A DNA stretch of 64,000 nt from the human T2T-CHM13v2.0 reference genome, Homo sapiens. Below the pieces are notes generated by a model, which saw nothing but the letters and a program-made list of their open reading frames with translations, made no database searches and had not been told where the DNA came from. The DNA lies in NCBI RefSeq assembly GCF_009914755.1, contig NC_060936.1, one strand, 5' to 3'. Each line of letters opens with the position of its first letter. Position 1 is the stretch's first letter. Below, piece after piece: positions 37,560 to 59,705 of the stretch. A program made the translations under genes and the position numbers.

Positions 37560-39320
37560 GGAGTGGATAGAAGATCTTCAGTGGCAAGGTACACTCCAAT
37601 TCTATCCTGATGAAGTCCTTTTTTTACTTTTCTACTCACTCTTATCCTTGCCCCCATTCTCCAGTCACTCTCTACCTCTCCCTAGTTACCTCCAGCATAC
37701 TATCAATCTCACCCACTCTCTCCTCACTGCCTCCAATCCTTCTCTAGCAAAGAATTGTTGGCTATGCATTTCCCTTTCTTCCTGCTCTTATACAGCCATC
37801 CCCGCTCTACAGGCCAACTGGGCTACCTCTCCTGTCTCCCTGCACCTCCGACCTTCCTTTAATAGCCCTCATCTTTACCCATCTGAGGAACTTCTTTACT
37901 TTCTAGACAGATTAGGTGAGAACTCCCCAGACATTTCGCACCAACGAGCTGCCACACTTCTCAACATCTACTTATGGCACCTTTCTCCTTATGTCAATTC
38001 CACCCTTGCCCCCATATTTGGACCCCTAACCACACAAACAACTATCCCTATTGCCATTCCTTTATGCATCTCCTGACAACAGCCTACTGGAATCCCTTTA
38101 GACAACCTTCCACCGTCCAAATGTTCCTTTACTCTTTATCTCCAGAACCCAGCCACACACATTACCAAACAGATGGGAGCATTCCAACTTCACATTACTG
38201 ATAAGCCTCTATCATTACTGACAAACTAAAAAACATTGGCAGTCACTATTGTTTAGGAAGACACCTACCCTGCATCTCACTCCAGCCTTGGCTACCCTCC
38301 CCCTGCTCATCTGACTCTCCTCCTAGCCCCTCCTCTTGCTTGCTTATACCCAGCCCCATGAATAACAGTGAAAGGTTACTCGTAGACACTATGTGCTTTC
38401 TCATACACCATGAGAACCGAACCTCTGCCTCTATGCAGTTGCACCATCAATTCCCATTACAACCTCTAATGGCTGCTGCCCTTGCTGGGATTCTGGGCGC
38501 AGGTCTCCTCTTTCAGTACACCCTCTCACCTTTTCACTTTACATTTCCAGTTCTGCCTGACACAAGGTCTCTTCTTTTTATGTGGCTCTTCCACCTACAT
38601 GTGCCTACCTGCCAACTGGACAGGCACATGTACTCTAGTCTTCCTTACCCCCAAAATCCAGTTTGCAGATGGGAACGATCAACTGCCTGTCCCCCTCATG
38701 ACACCAACACAACAAAAAAGAGTCATCCCACTAATCCCTTTACTTGTGGGTCTAGGACTTTCTGCCTCCACTATTGCACTTGAAACTGGAATAGCAGGCA
38801 TCTCAACCGCTGCCGCAACATTCTGCAGCCTCTCTAATGACTTCTCTGCTAGCATTACAGATATATCACAAACTTTATCTGTCCTCCAAGCCCAGGTTGA
38901 CTCTTTAGCTGCAGCTGTCCTCCAGAACCACCAAGGCCTCGATTTACTCACTGCTGAAAAAGGAGGACTCTGTATATTTCTTAATGAAGAGTGTTGTTTT
39001 TACTTAAATCAATCTGGCCTGGTATATGATAACATCAAAAAACTCAAAGACAGAGCTCAAAAACGTGCTAATCAGGCAACTAATTATCCTGGACCCACCT
39101 GGCCACTCTCTAAAAACTGGGTATCCTGCTTCTTCCAATTGTTAGTCCTCTAATACCTATCTTCCTCCTTCTCTTATTCGGGCCTCGTGTCTTCCGGTTA
39201 ATCTCTCAATTCCTACGAAACCGCATCCAGGCTATCACTAATCACTCTATATGGCAAATGCTGCTTTTAACAACCTGACAATATCACCCCTTACCCCAAA
39301 ATCTTACTTCAGTCTAATCT
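37560..39320 (+). pseudogene. env: HERV-H env, near full length, disrupted
   Basis: SU CWLC motif; QQKR/VIPL cleavage site; LQNHQGLDLLTAEKGGLCIFLNEECC; stop at 38076 and frameshifts. Confidence 0.92.
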
Positions 39321-39935
39321 CTCCCACTTTAGGTTCCCGCACCACCCCTAATCCCGCTCGAAGCAGCCCTGAGAAACGTTGCCCATCACCCCTCCAGACC
39401 ACCCCCAAAATTTTCGCCTCAAGTTTTCACTACTCTTTCTCGTTTTAGTTCTTCATTATTAACATAAAAAGACAGGAATGTAAGGTCCTCTGAGCTGGCC
39501 ACACCATGATCAAGCCATCGTGACATTCCCCTGTCCTTGTGATAATGTACTTTGTGATATTCCCCATCCTTGTGAATGTACTTTATAACATTCCTCCCTG
39601 CCTTGTGACAATACACCCTCCCTGCCCTTGTAAATGTACTTTGTAACATCCCCACCCCCTCCTTGTGACAATACCTCCTCCCTGCCCTTGTGAATGTACT
39701 TTGTAACATCCTCCCCACCCTTAAGAATGTACTTTGTAACATCCATCCCCTGCCCACAAAAAAAAATTGCTCCTAACTCCACCGCCTATCCCAAACCTAT
39801 AAGAACCAGTGATAATCCCACCACCCTTCACTGACTCCTTTCTCGGACTCAGCCCACTTGCACCCAAGTGAATAAACAGCCTTGTTGCTGACACTAAGCC
39901 TGCTCAGGTGGTCTCTTATATAGACACGCTTAACA

Positions 39936-40221
39936 TAGATATCATGTGGAAAGCATGTAAATTATAAGAATGTACCGCTTTTGTCTCATTTTATTTCTCC
40001 ATTTACTGGATGCATTTATGGAAGGCACGTAACAGGTCTTTGTGGGAAGACACGGAAAGAAATCACAAAAGCAATTAAGAGAGCTCAAATAATGGGGTTT
40101 ATGCAAGTTACATACAAGGATACTGCATACCTCAAAGACCCCAAAGTTTGTAACATCAATTATCAGGAATAAAATTATATAAGGTTACCACCAATAAACT
40201 TATTTTACAGTTAAAACAAAA
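39936..40221 (+). pseudogene. MRPS18CP4: MRPS18C processed pseudogene, 3' half
   Basis: [10 protein letters not shown]...[18 protein letters not shown]...[11 protein letters not shown]...[10 protein letters not shown] matches MRPS18C; intronless; AATAAA 40193-40198 and degenerate A tail; locus number from memory. Confidence 0.88.
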
Positions 40222-40519
40222 GTTTTTCTCTTTTTTATCTCTGAATTGTTTATTTAAAGACAATTTCAATAGAAATATTTGATTTGGGGGAACTTCTAAC
40301 CACTAAACAAATAGCAATTATCCTAGTATTGGATCATCTTTGTCTCCTATCACTATCATTTTCTTTCCTATTGCTTTCATTTTTATCTCTTTTCTTAGAC
40401 ATGGTTTAAACATTAATCACGTTTTAACTTACTTAACACTTGTAACAAGCCTGAGTTAAGTGCTATCATTATTCTCATTGTTTTGGTCGGGACGAAATGA
40501 AATATATTCAAGCTAGGTA

Positions 40520-40975
40520 ATTTAAGGAGCTATTTAATAAAAGGAACATCTAAAAGGTATGGACAGAATGTAGGATAACCCCAGGGGACAGCAAAGTGCT
40601 CTGGGTTTCACAACGTTTAGGTACTGTTATCATCTTTAGGCCTGAAAGATATAGAAAGGATGTAAATACTATTTCCCTAACATAGAGTGAACTATTTTGG
40701 TAAGGGCTCTTGTTGGGGATATGACCTTCATTGAAGGGACAGAGCCCTGGGACCTCATAAGAAGGGAGCTGGGGGGGATAAACTCTCCAGCTCTACGCTC
40801 TTCTTTCTCTTTAATTTCCTTTGAGTGCTTCCCATTGCCCAGACCCAATTTGAAGCTAAAAGTCAAGATAGCTTCTTGATGCATTCCATATAGGTCAGTC
40901 TCTGCCTCCTAGGACACAAAGCAGAGTAGAGAAGGGTGGATATTGGTCTAGAGAGGCAAAATAAAAGTAGCATAA
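40520..40975 (-). mobile_element. LTR33-like ERVL LTR (a second fragment lies at ~43830-44035)
   Basis: GATGCATTCCATATAGGTCAG...GGACACAAAGCAGAG...GAAGGGTGGA motif. Confidence 0.6.
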
Positions 40976-41229
40976 TCACTTTACACTACAGTACTACTAC
41001 ACCATTCTGTCTCCAGCGGTGGGAGGTTAGAAAGGTAGGTAGATAGTCAACTATTTTATGGAGCAAATAGTAAAAATGTATACAGGCCTTCTGCAAACTA
41101 ACCAAAAAAATAAAAAGAAAAAGAACGGGGCAAAAAATAAAAGCTTTTGATAGGCATATATCATGTTATTTTTGGAAACCACTATTAAGAACTGTAAGCT
41201 TCCTTGATTGTTACAGTGCTTAAAAGCAT

Positions 41230-41244
41230 CCAGGAGATGGCAGC
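41230..41244 (+). promoter_or_regulatory. Candidate CTCF core motif
   Basis: CCAGGAGATGGCAGC versus CCASYAGRKGGCRSY, one mismatch, in AT-rich flanks. Confidence 0.45.
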
Positions 41245-41427
41245 ATTGGTAAGGTATTTAAAAATCAAATGTTAAAAATATTTTTCACAATTATTATTGA
41301 TAGATAATGAGCTTCCCAAATGGAATAACGTTTTAAAGTATAGTTGGTCCTAAATAACTAAAAATGCAGAAATACTAAATTATTGTCAAATAATAGCGTG
41401 GCTTTATGCAGGTGGTTATTCAAGAGT

Positions 41428-41868
<441 letters not shown>

Positions 41869-42415
41869 GACAAAAACAAGTTTAATAACTAGAGGCAACT
41901 ATTCACAAATCATATACAAAATATCATATGTGAGATGTGGTGGCTTATTAAAATCTAGATATCACAGACATCATATCAGTTATGAGGCAAAAAAAATTAA
42001 TCTGCCTTTAAATGTTATTTCTAAACTGTTTTAATCTTTTCCAACATTGAAACATAAATTGTTAAAGATACACCTAGATGTCAATATTCTGGCCCAGGTA
42101 CTTAACTGGGTACAGGAGACAAAATGCTAAAAAACAATCTGACCTTCTAAACCCTCAGCCTGAGATGGAAACAGACAACTCCATTGAATTACAATTCGAT
42201 CTGACTCTAATAGCAAGGTGCCATCTAAATGGGAGGGCCAACTTGCCTAACTCCACCTTGACAGACGGGGAAGGCTTCACCAGGGAGGGAGCACGGAGCA
42301 GAGATTTTGAGAGATGAGCCTGCGTTTGCCAGGATAACCACAGGGAGAAGGCCACTGCCTGCAGAAAGAGGAGCAGGCGTAGGGGAGGGTAGACATGAAA
42401 CAGCACACCCTACCC

Positions 42416-42617
42416 CAATGGTTAACCAGAGGCAATATCGCTCCCGGGGGAGATTTCGAAATGTCTGGTAACATTTTTGCTTGTCACCACTGGAGGAGTG
42501 CTACTGGCAGCTAGTGGGTAAAGGTCAGGGATGCAGCTAAACGTCCCACAGTGCACAGACAGCCAACCACGACAAATGAATTATCTGACCTCAAATACTG
42601 CCACTGTTGAAAAACTG
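42416..42617. mobile_element. MER20 (hAT-Charlie)
   Basis: ATGTCTGGTAACATTTTTG...GTGCTACTGGCA.CTAGTGGGTA...AGGGATGCAGCTAAAC. Confidence 0.85.
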
Positions 42618-44051
42618 CTGTAACCGCAAATGGCATCTCTTTGAATGGCAAGGTTACAGAAAGGAATAGCAAAAATGCAGCGATGATCCAGGAACGTTTT
42701 CTAAAAGGGGGCGGGGATAAAATTAGGGAAGGTTTATTGACACCCCCCAAAAAAAAGAGAAAAAAAGAGAGAAAAGTTTAGATTTTATTGTAAATGTGAG
42801 AGAGAGCCAGACACAATCAGCTTTGCTTACTAGAAAGATTGCTGTGGCTGTGGGAAGAGAATGGACTGAGATGGCGACGCTGACAAACAAAGAAAATTGG
42901 TATTTTAACAATTTCACTTCTCTTTTCTTTATCAAGGGGAATATCTTACAAATGAAAAAATAGAAGACTGGTAAGAGGAAATTGAAACTCTAGATTGATG
43001 TCTAGATTGTAAGAGGGCAAGTAGCTGCTCCAGTGATTTCAAGATTTGTGATGAAGATAAATTAAACTGCCATGTCTGCGCCTCACTTCCTGAATCCCTG
43101 CCTCCCGCTGGCCTGCACCGCTGCCCCTCCCTCCTGTCTGGCGTGGTTCCTTAAAGCCCTGCATTTGACTCCCTACCTTGGCTCCCATTCTTTATTTATC
43201 CCACCTGACTGGCAACCCAGATTTGACTTGTTCTTCCAGTTCTGACTTGGAAACTACCCATCAGCCCTTTGCGCAGATGCCGAGGGTTAGAAATGCCCCA
43301 CTCCTTAGCCCCAGGCACAGTGAGACTAACCCCATAAGGGTGGCGGTGAAGGGGAGGGGAGAGTTTGACAAATCTCCTCCCAAGTGATAAGAGAATTTAT
43401 GGATGAGATTAGCAAAACGCTGTTAGTCCAGACATCAGAGTAAGAGCCAAATCCTGTTTCCTACAGTGTCCCCACCCCACCTCTCACCTCTACTCCTACC
43501 ATCCTGCCCCTCAGTCACCCAGCCCAGCCATGCTGGCCTCCTTCTGCCTCAAAGAGTTTGCATTGGCTGATTCTGTCTAGATGAAAAACAGAATTCACTA
43601 GAGAGCTTTCATAAAATGCCCGGATCTGACCCTTACATCCTTTTATTTTTCCTTCTGGGTTTGGCTTTCTCTTTCTTCTTTCCTTCCCTTGCACTCATAT
43701 CAGCACCTCTACCCCACCCCCAACTCTTACCACACCCATGTCAAGAACTGGATTTGTGTCTGCCATATTTTCTCCATGTTCACATAGACTATTTAAGTAA
43801 ATAAGAAAACCCTGAACGAAAGAGAAACATGAGGATGATAGCCCAGCTTTACTCTTCTACCCCTCCCCATCTCCTTACGATCCCTACTAGCTGGACCCAA
43901 TTGGAAGCCAGAGAGCAAGGAAGCTCATTGGTGCAGGTCATGTAGGTCAGCCTCTGCCTCCTGGGACACAAAACAGATAAGAGGACCTTGAAGCTAGAGA
44001 GGAAAAATAAAGAATAACCTTTTTCCGACCACACAACTTAAGAAACAAAGC

Positions 44052-46747
<2,696 letters not shown>

Positions 46748-46922
46748 CCTTCCTAGAATTCCATCCTTTTCTGGTAAATTTTCTTACTCTCCCTTCAAAT
46801 TCTTCAGTTCCAAAAAACTCTCTGACCAGGAAACACTCTGAAAACAGCCTTTTCTTGGGGGCCTTAGTAAAACATACGTCTCTCACTCTAGTAAGAAGAC
46901 ATTCCTTCCACAGTAATCTATG

Positions 46923-47104
46923 CAGTGATGTATGGCTATGTTTAACTGGCTCTTAAACCAGAAAAACATGATTTGTAGCATTTGCGAATAAGCCACCATG
47001 GAAAATTTCAAGCTACCAATGTGACATAACTAAACATGGACTTGGGAAGAAATGTCCATGATTGCCTCTTGGAAGCAGTGAAAGTTAGTTCCAGCATACC
47101 ATTG
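46923..47104. mobile_element. MER63 (hAT-Blackjack)
   Basis: CAGTGATGTATGG...CACCATGG...TTTCAAGCTACCAATGTGAC...TCCAGCATACCATTG. Confidence 0.7.
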
Positions 47105-48039
47105 AATCAAGGTCCTTCCTCTACAAATGTTAGAGAGTTATGCCAGATTGTGGAGAAATTAAAATGTTACAGAAGACTGGACTTTACCCTGAAGGTAATA
47201 AGAAGACCGGACTGCCTTTAGACAGTAGAATCCTCTCCTAGGCTTTGGGCCTCAGGGCCTCCTCTCTCTGACCCCCATGCTTTGGAGTGCCTTTCTCAAA
47301 TAGTTCCAAGTCTTGTCCACTGCCTGAGACCAGGCAAGGTGACAGTGGCCTCATGTCCATTGCATCCCTTCAGGGCACTCTCCAACACCCTACCTGTCAT
47401 TTGGTTCCTCTTCTACTCTCCCCCAAGTGGGGTTTCCCAGATGTCCAGAGGAAATCCTGGACCCATGCTTATGCTGTGGCTGCAGTCAGCCTACTTCTAG
47501 AAAGGTGACTAGTAAGAGCAGTATTATTTTGTGGGATCCCACAAGATTGAACTGCTGATTTTGAGTGACTCAAATTGTTTATATGGACAGGGACCCTCAT
47601 ATAAAAAAGTATTTGCCTTTTACAGTTAAGCTGGGTATAAAGCCATAGGATTAGTGCTAAGCTAGTGTAATAAATAGGAAAGTGACTGAAATGAAATGTA
47701 GGGCTTAAGGACTGACTAATGAGTGTGAGCGTGGGGTTGGGGAAGGGACACTGATTTAAGTCATTTATATAGAAGCAACATGAAAGCCCTCACAGCAATA
47801 ATTCTGTGAAGGAACTAATGTAAAGAAAAAAAGCAACAGAGATTAAGACTCAATCTTAAAGTTGTAAACACATTTGAGAAGTGGGAGAAAGAGGAATTGA
47901 AAAAGAACATGAAGAATGGGTAGTCAAAGGGTTAAGAATTGTTAAGGATGTGGAGTAATCCTCATTAATGATAGTTTTCTTTTAATTAAATCATCTTTGT
48001 GGTTTTTAAAAAAACCTTAGTATAGTGTATAAGGTCAAA

Positions 48040-48757
48040 TAATGAAAAACTGTTCCTAGGAGCATTTTGTAAAAACAAAAAACTGGAACAATGAAAATAC
48101 AAATGGTGGTTATAATGCAAAACTATACAGCAATAAATATGTGAGCATACACAACATTATAGATGATTCTCACAAACAATGTTGAGTAGAAAAAGCGAGG
48201 TCCAAGGAATAAAGTTCATATTAAGTTCCAAAACAGGCCAAATTAACCTATGCTGTCAATACTCAGGATAGTTGTTTACTTTTGGGAAAGAGGAAGTAGT
48301 GATTGGCAAGAACACAAAGGGAGCTTGGGGTTCGGTTAATGTTCTATTTCCTGACTTGGGGGTGGTCAGAATGTGTTCCCCTTGTCAAAATTCATAAAAT
48401 CATTGCTCTATATACTTAAAATGTATGTACTTTTGTCAGTATAAACTATGCTTAAATGGAAAAGTTTATTTTATAATGTAAAAGATACCTCCAGCTGGGT
48501 GTAGTGGCTCATGCCTGTAAGTAATCCCAGCACTTTGGGAGGCTGAGGCAGGCAGATCACTTGAGCCCAGGAGGTGGAGACTGGCCTGGGCCACATGGCA
48601 AAACCCCGCCTCTACAAATAAAAAATTAGCTGGGTGTGGTGGTGTGTGCCTGTGGTCCCAGATACACAGGAGGCTGAGGTGGGTGAGCCGAAATCATGCC
48701 ACTGCACTCCATCCTGGGTGACAAAGCGAGAACCTTTCTCAATAAATAAATAAATAA
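48040..48757 (+). mobile_element. L1ME-type 3' end fragment (~48040-48470) and internally deleted Alu (48494-48757)
   Basis: AGTTCCAAAACAGGCCAAATTAACCTATG...AATGTTCTATTTCCTGA L1M 3' motifs; Alu consensus. Confidence 0.7.
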
Positions 48758-48799
48758 GGAGTACTTCCAACTTTCCATGGCACCCTAACCTCTAGTCTT

Positions 48800-48934
48800 T
48801 TTTTTTTCCTTTTTGTGGAGAACGGGGTCTTGCTACATTGCCCAGGCAGCTCTCAAACTCCTGGGCTCAAGCTCTCCTCCCGCCTCTGCCTCCCTAAGTG
48901 CTGGGATTAAAGGCATGAGTCACTGCACCCAGCC
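48800..48934 (-). pseudogene. BCYRN1: BC200 RNA-derived retrocopy
   Basis: Minus strand ends GACCCCGTTCTCCACAAAAAGGAAAAAAAA, matching BC200 CCCGTTCTCCAGAAAAAGGAAAA; perfect 14-bp TSD TAACCTCTAGTCTT; symbol is the parent gene. Confidence 0.85.
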
Positions 48935-48988
48935 TAACCTCTAGTCTTAATTTCCAGAGGTAAACAGTATATTAACAGCGCATTATCC

Positions 48989-50016
<1,028 letters not shown>

Positions 50017-50289
50017 AACTTTGCACTTCTTAAGATGATGGCTGGTGCATAGTTCCTTGGGGGTCCAATTTTACATTTTTAGTAGAGAAATGTACTTCCA
50101 TACACTTTGAACTTCAAAATTAATAACATATTTCTTTTACTCTTCCAGAGATTATGGAAAGAATGCTGAATTTTATAAACAATGGCAGCACTGTCCTATA
50201 AAACAATGGACCAGTATCATTCAAGATACTCAGTGACTCAAGATTAAAGCATAGCATATTGGCATTAGACGAAAATTTAGACATCACGA

Positions 50290-51899
<1,610 letters not shown>

Positions 51900-52633
51900 A
51901 GTCCCTAAAACGTGGAATTGGCTAATTGAGGTGAGGTATAAAGTAGTGAGAATTTCCCCACTCCCCAGTTAGGAATGATTATCAATTACTGGTTTTGGGT
52001 AAAAAACGCCTGGTTAGATTGCTGCCTATTTTATATTAGGACTCTTCATGTATTAAACAATAACAAGGCTGGATGTTTGGAGACTTGATAGAATATTCAC
52101 TATGTTGAAATGTTTGCTTTTTGGTAAAGTCCAGCAAGAAAGAGTCAAACTTTGTTTGAACCTAGCTGGTCTAGAAATAGAAAATATGAAAAACACAGTT
52201 TTGCCTAGGTTAATAATCCAGGATGGCCAATAATCAGTTCTGGCTTTCCAGGATTAGAATGTCAAAATTCTATACCCAAAAATAAAGTGAACGCTAAGGA
52301 GGCCAGGATACTGATATCCACAGATCACTCCCAGTTACTTCCTGTTATTCATGCCCTGGATGACAAAGGGGACAATTGTTCTCATTACAAAGAGCCAGTC
52401 AAAAGAATGTAGCCAGAAAAGAAGGGACTGTCTCACTCTGCCTCTCCACCTCGGATACGGCCATGATAGAGGTCAACAAGCTACAAAGTAGTGGACGGCC
52501 CAAGCACTGGTTTGTTCTAAGAAACAAGATAAAAAGAATTCTGGTTTTGGTTATAACCTTGGGGAATGTGAATAGAAAACAAAAAAGTACTAACATTATA
52601 TGTAAGTTATATTGCTTTAGAAACCCTAAGCCT

Positions 52634-52961
<328 letters not shown>

Positions 52962-53078
52962 TCAGCATCTAAGCCAATCAATACCCAAAGCCCCCAAACC
53001 TTCCCAAAAGGTTTCTGCTAAAGAAAAAAAAAGAGAGGAACTCTATTCTAATGACCACCTCAAACCTTTCTTTTTTTT

Positions 53079-53185
53079 AATATGGAATGCTTCACAAATG
53101 ACGTGCACGTAATCCCCGCAGAGGGACAATGCTAATCATCTCTGTGTAATTCCAATTTTAGTATATGTGCTGTTGAAGCAAGCAT
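53079..53185 (-). pseudogene. RNU6: U6 snRNA processed pseudogene, full length and diverged
   Basis: Minus strand ATGCTTGCTTCAACAGCACATATACTAAAATTGGAA...ACAGAGA.GATTAGCAT...GTGAAGCATTCCATATT plus A tail (T run 53071-53078). Confidence 0.93.
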
Positions 53186-53664
53186 TGTTTCTTCTGTTTT
53201 GAAAACGGTATTTTTTTACTGTGGTAATCCTGTTTTCCTTTCATTTTTGTGCAATAGATGTTTCAGGATGATCAAATATATTATTTAGCTATAGGTTCCA
53301 AAATCATAAGGCCTTTTAGAATAGTGCTATTCAAAGACTATAAAGCTATGTTGCACTTTTGCAACTATAGACATATATGTGATACTTCTGAGAATTTTTA
53401 TTTAAGCCAAACAAAATAAAACAAAACACCATGATCTCTTGAACATTGTCATTGTCACTGTACTATTTCATGGCCAAGCCAAAATTCTTTGAGAGCAGAT
53501 AATAGGAAAGATAGTATTTCATACAAAGTTGAGAAAATCATGGATGGCTAGTACAGGTTAACTAAATTATGCAAAGGCATGTATTGAGATGATGACACAA
53601 TAAAGACAGGAATTCGGGGCTTTCTCTGTTTTCATTCAGAGACAAGAAAAGACTAGGCAGCAAA

Positions 53665-55200
<1,536 letters not shown>

Positions 55201-55375
55201 ATTGCTATGTAATTGCTCTTATAATGATTATTACAACTTTATAGAGATATTTTTATAGATGAAAAAACAAAATAGATGAGGAAACCACGGCTTCAGAGCT
55301 TTGAGTTTTTCTGACCTCAATATTCGGTCTCTCAACTATTGATTACCCTGAACCAGTTAAAAGAAGTGAAAGTCA

Positions 55376-57552
<2,177 letters not shown>

Positions 57553-57767
57553 GCCAGGATACTCTTTTAAAGGAGGAATTGGTAAATCCTTTCCCTCTGG
57601 TGATAGGGACAGTTTTGATAAAGATGGAAGGGGGAAAACCATGTGCATGACTCCAGACTCAGAAACCAAAACCCAAGTTGAATTCCATCTCAGAGTAAAA
57701 TCAAGTACTACAGATGAGAAAACACAGACGGTAAGAATTATAAGACTAGTGTGTCTTTTCTTAGGGG

Positions 57768-58344
57768 ATAAAAGCTGTTTGACAGCATCTGCAACAAGTG
57801 GTTCACAAACACGTCCATCATCTACTTCCTCAACAAGAAGGAGCTGTTGGAGGAGAAGATCACACACAGCCCCTGACCATCTGCTTCCCTGAGTACACAG
57901 GGTCCAACAAGTATGATGAGGCAGCCAGCTACAACCAGAGTAAGTCTGAGGACCTGAATAAGCACAAAGACACCAAGGAGATCTACACACACTTCACATG
58001 CGCCACCGATACCAAGAACGTAGTTCGTGTTTGATGCCATCACCGACGTCATCATCAAGAACAACCTGAAGGACTGGGGCCTCTTCTGAGGGGCAGTGGG
58101 ACCTAGCAGGATGGGCCACCACCAACTCTGTACCCCCCAACCCCTGAGGAAGATGGGGCAAGAAGACCATGCTCCCCACCTGTTCCCTGGACACTTTTCT
58201 CTTCTTTCCTTTGTTCTTAGCTCCCCCATCCCCTCAGCTTCAGACATAGGGGAGGGGTTGCCACAGGCCTCCCTGTTTGAAGCCTGCCCTTGTCTGAGGT
58301 GCCAGTAATGGCCATGGTACCCCCTTTCTGGGCATCTTTCTGGT
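57768..58344 (+). pseudogene. GNAI2P1: GNAI2 processed pseudogene (C-terminal CDS plus part of 3'UTR)
   Basis: KLFDSIC.KWF..TSII.FLNKK...[19 protein letters not shown]...[17 protein letters not shown]...IIKNNLKDWGLF* (stop 58087-58089); GNAI2-type 3'UTR; intronless; frameshifts; locus symbol from memory. Confidence 0.92.
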
Positions 58345-58529
58345 ACCCCCCAGAAGCTGTGAAGATTCTATTCTACTCAGTAGCTCTCATTATGTAAAGA
58401 GGAACCCTGAAATAAATCAGTTGTTCCTGAAAGTTCACAAGAGTAAGAAAACAGACTGAATCGTAAAAGAACTAACTGGTATAAAAGAAGAAGCCAGAAA
58501 GTAGTGGACTGGGACCAGAGAAATAATAT

Positions 58530-58930
58530 TTGAATTTAATTAATCTGTTCAACAAATATTTGCTCCTTGCTAACATTTTGCCAGGTCCTATGCTTGTTAT
58601 ACAGTTTTGATCAGACAGACACGGCCCAAGGGTACTTAGAAAGCTAGTTGCGGGTGAAGGGGGAAAGCCAATGTACAAGAAAACAAATATATATAATTGT
58701 AAGTTACAGTGGTGCTACAACAGAAAAAAAGAGGTTGCCATGTAAGATGATAAGAAGGTATAAGGAATTTACTTTGGACCAAGCATTCAGGAAGGCCTCT
58801 GAGGAAGGCAAAGCTTGACCAGAGGGTAGGAGGAACTCAGAGGACAGTGAAAGGAGGGAGGAATAAGGGGTGGGGGGGGAGGGTGGAGATTTCAAGGTGG
58901 AGTGAAAAATGCAAAGATCCTAAAATAAAA
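58530..58930 (-). mobile_element. L2 fragment
   Basis: TTCAACAAATATTTG...TGCCAGG...CAGACAGACACGGCCC...TCAGGAAGGCCTCTGAGGAAGG. Confidence 0.6.
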
Positions 58931-59705
58931 GCATCTCTAAGAATCAGAGGGCCAGTTTGGATGGCTTGACCTCTACCCTTCTTGAATCCTCTTTGATACT
59001 GAACATTTTGGAAAATCCCGTGTAGCATATACTGTGTGCCTTCCCACAATAACTGATGACTCTTAAATCTCACAAAAACAAATTCAACTGATGAATTCAC
59101 GTCCTTTTAACATACATTTTGAAGATTATCTTAGCCCAAACCGGCACCCACATCCTTCTGAGCGTACTGACTCACTAGACAAAGCCAACCCCTCCCCTCC
59201 TGTGTACAAAAATAGCTTTTCCATATCTACTGTTGTAATTGTTTTTTTTCCAGGGCTTTATGCTCTACTGAAACTAAACACTTAAATGAGCAATTTCACT
59301 CTGGTTTTAAGCCCAGGGGAAATGACAACGGTTTTGTCTCTGTTTTGAGACTTAGGGGCAAATTTTAAATCGTTAATATATAATTAATCCTATGTAACAT
59401 CATAGAAACAAAACATCTGATTCTTCTTTCAGTATATTGCACACGTAAAATACACATGAAACCAGGTTTGGAGAGTGATTCTTAGTAACGTAGCCTTGCA
59501 TTTGTGCTTCGACATAAAATTGAGACATTCTCAAGAGGCCTTGGGACATGGTGACATGTTGCGCAGTTTGGCCAGCAGAGGGAGACCAGAGAGTCGTGAA
59601 GCACGCAACGAAGCCACACCCAGATTAGGGTTGCTTATTATCTGTCTCTTCTCTGAATTTTCAAAAAACACAAAAAGAAAATGAGAAATTCTTAAAACAA
59701 AGCCC

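Larger units (their letters stand above)
34250..39935 (+). mobile_element. HERV-H provirus lacking 5' LTR and PBS, pol-deleted, env retained, complete 3' LTR (LTR7C-like, 39479-39935)
   Basis: Leader CAGCCCAAGGAACATCTCACCAATTTCAAATC; HERV-H gag/pro/pol/env peptides; PPT AAAAAGACAGGAA; LTR TG...CA with TATAA, AATAAA and tandem CCTTGTGAATGTACTTTGTAACA repeats. Confidence 0.93.

Noticed and set aside
39530-39750. Short direct repeats resembling a CRISPR array
   Set aside because: They are HERV-H LTR U3 tandem repeats with no unique spacers, in a eukaryotic context.
53079-53185. Functional U6 gene
   Set aside because: Many substitutions, a retro-type A tail and no evident upstream PSE/TATA.
57730-57765. 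GTAAGA...TTAG mini-intron before the GNAI2 copy
   Set aside because: About 34 nt is too short for a human spliceosomal intron.
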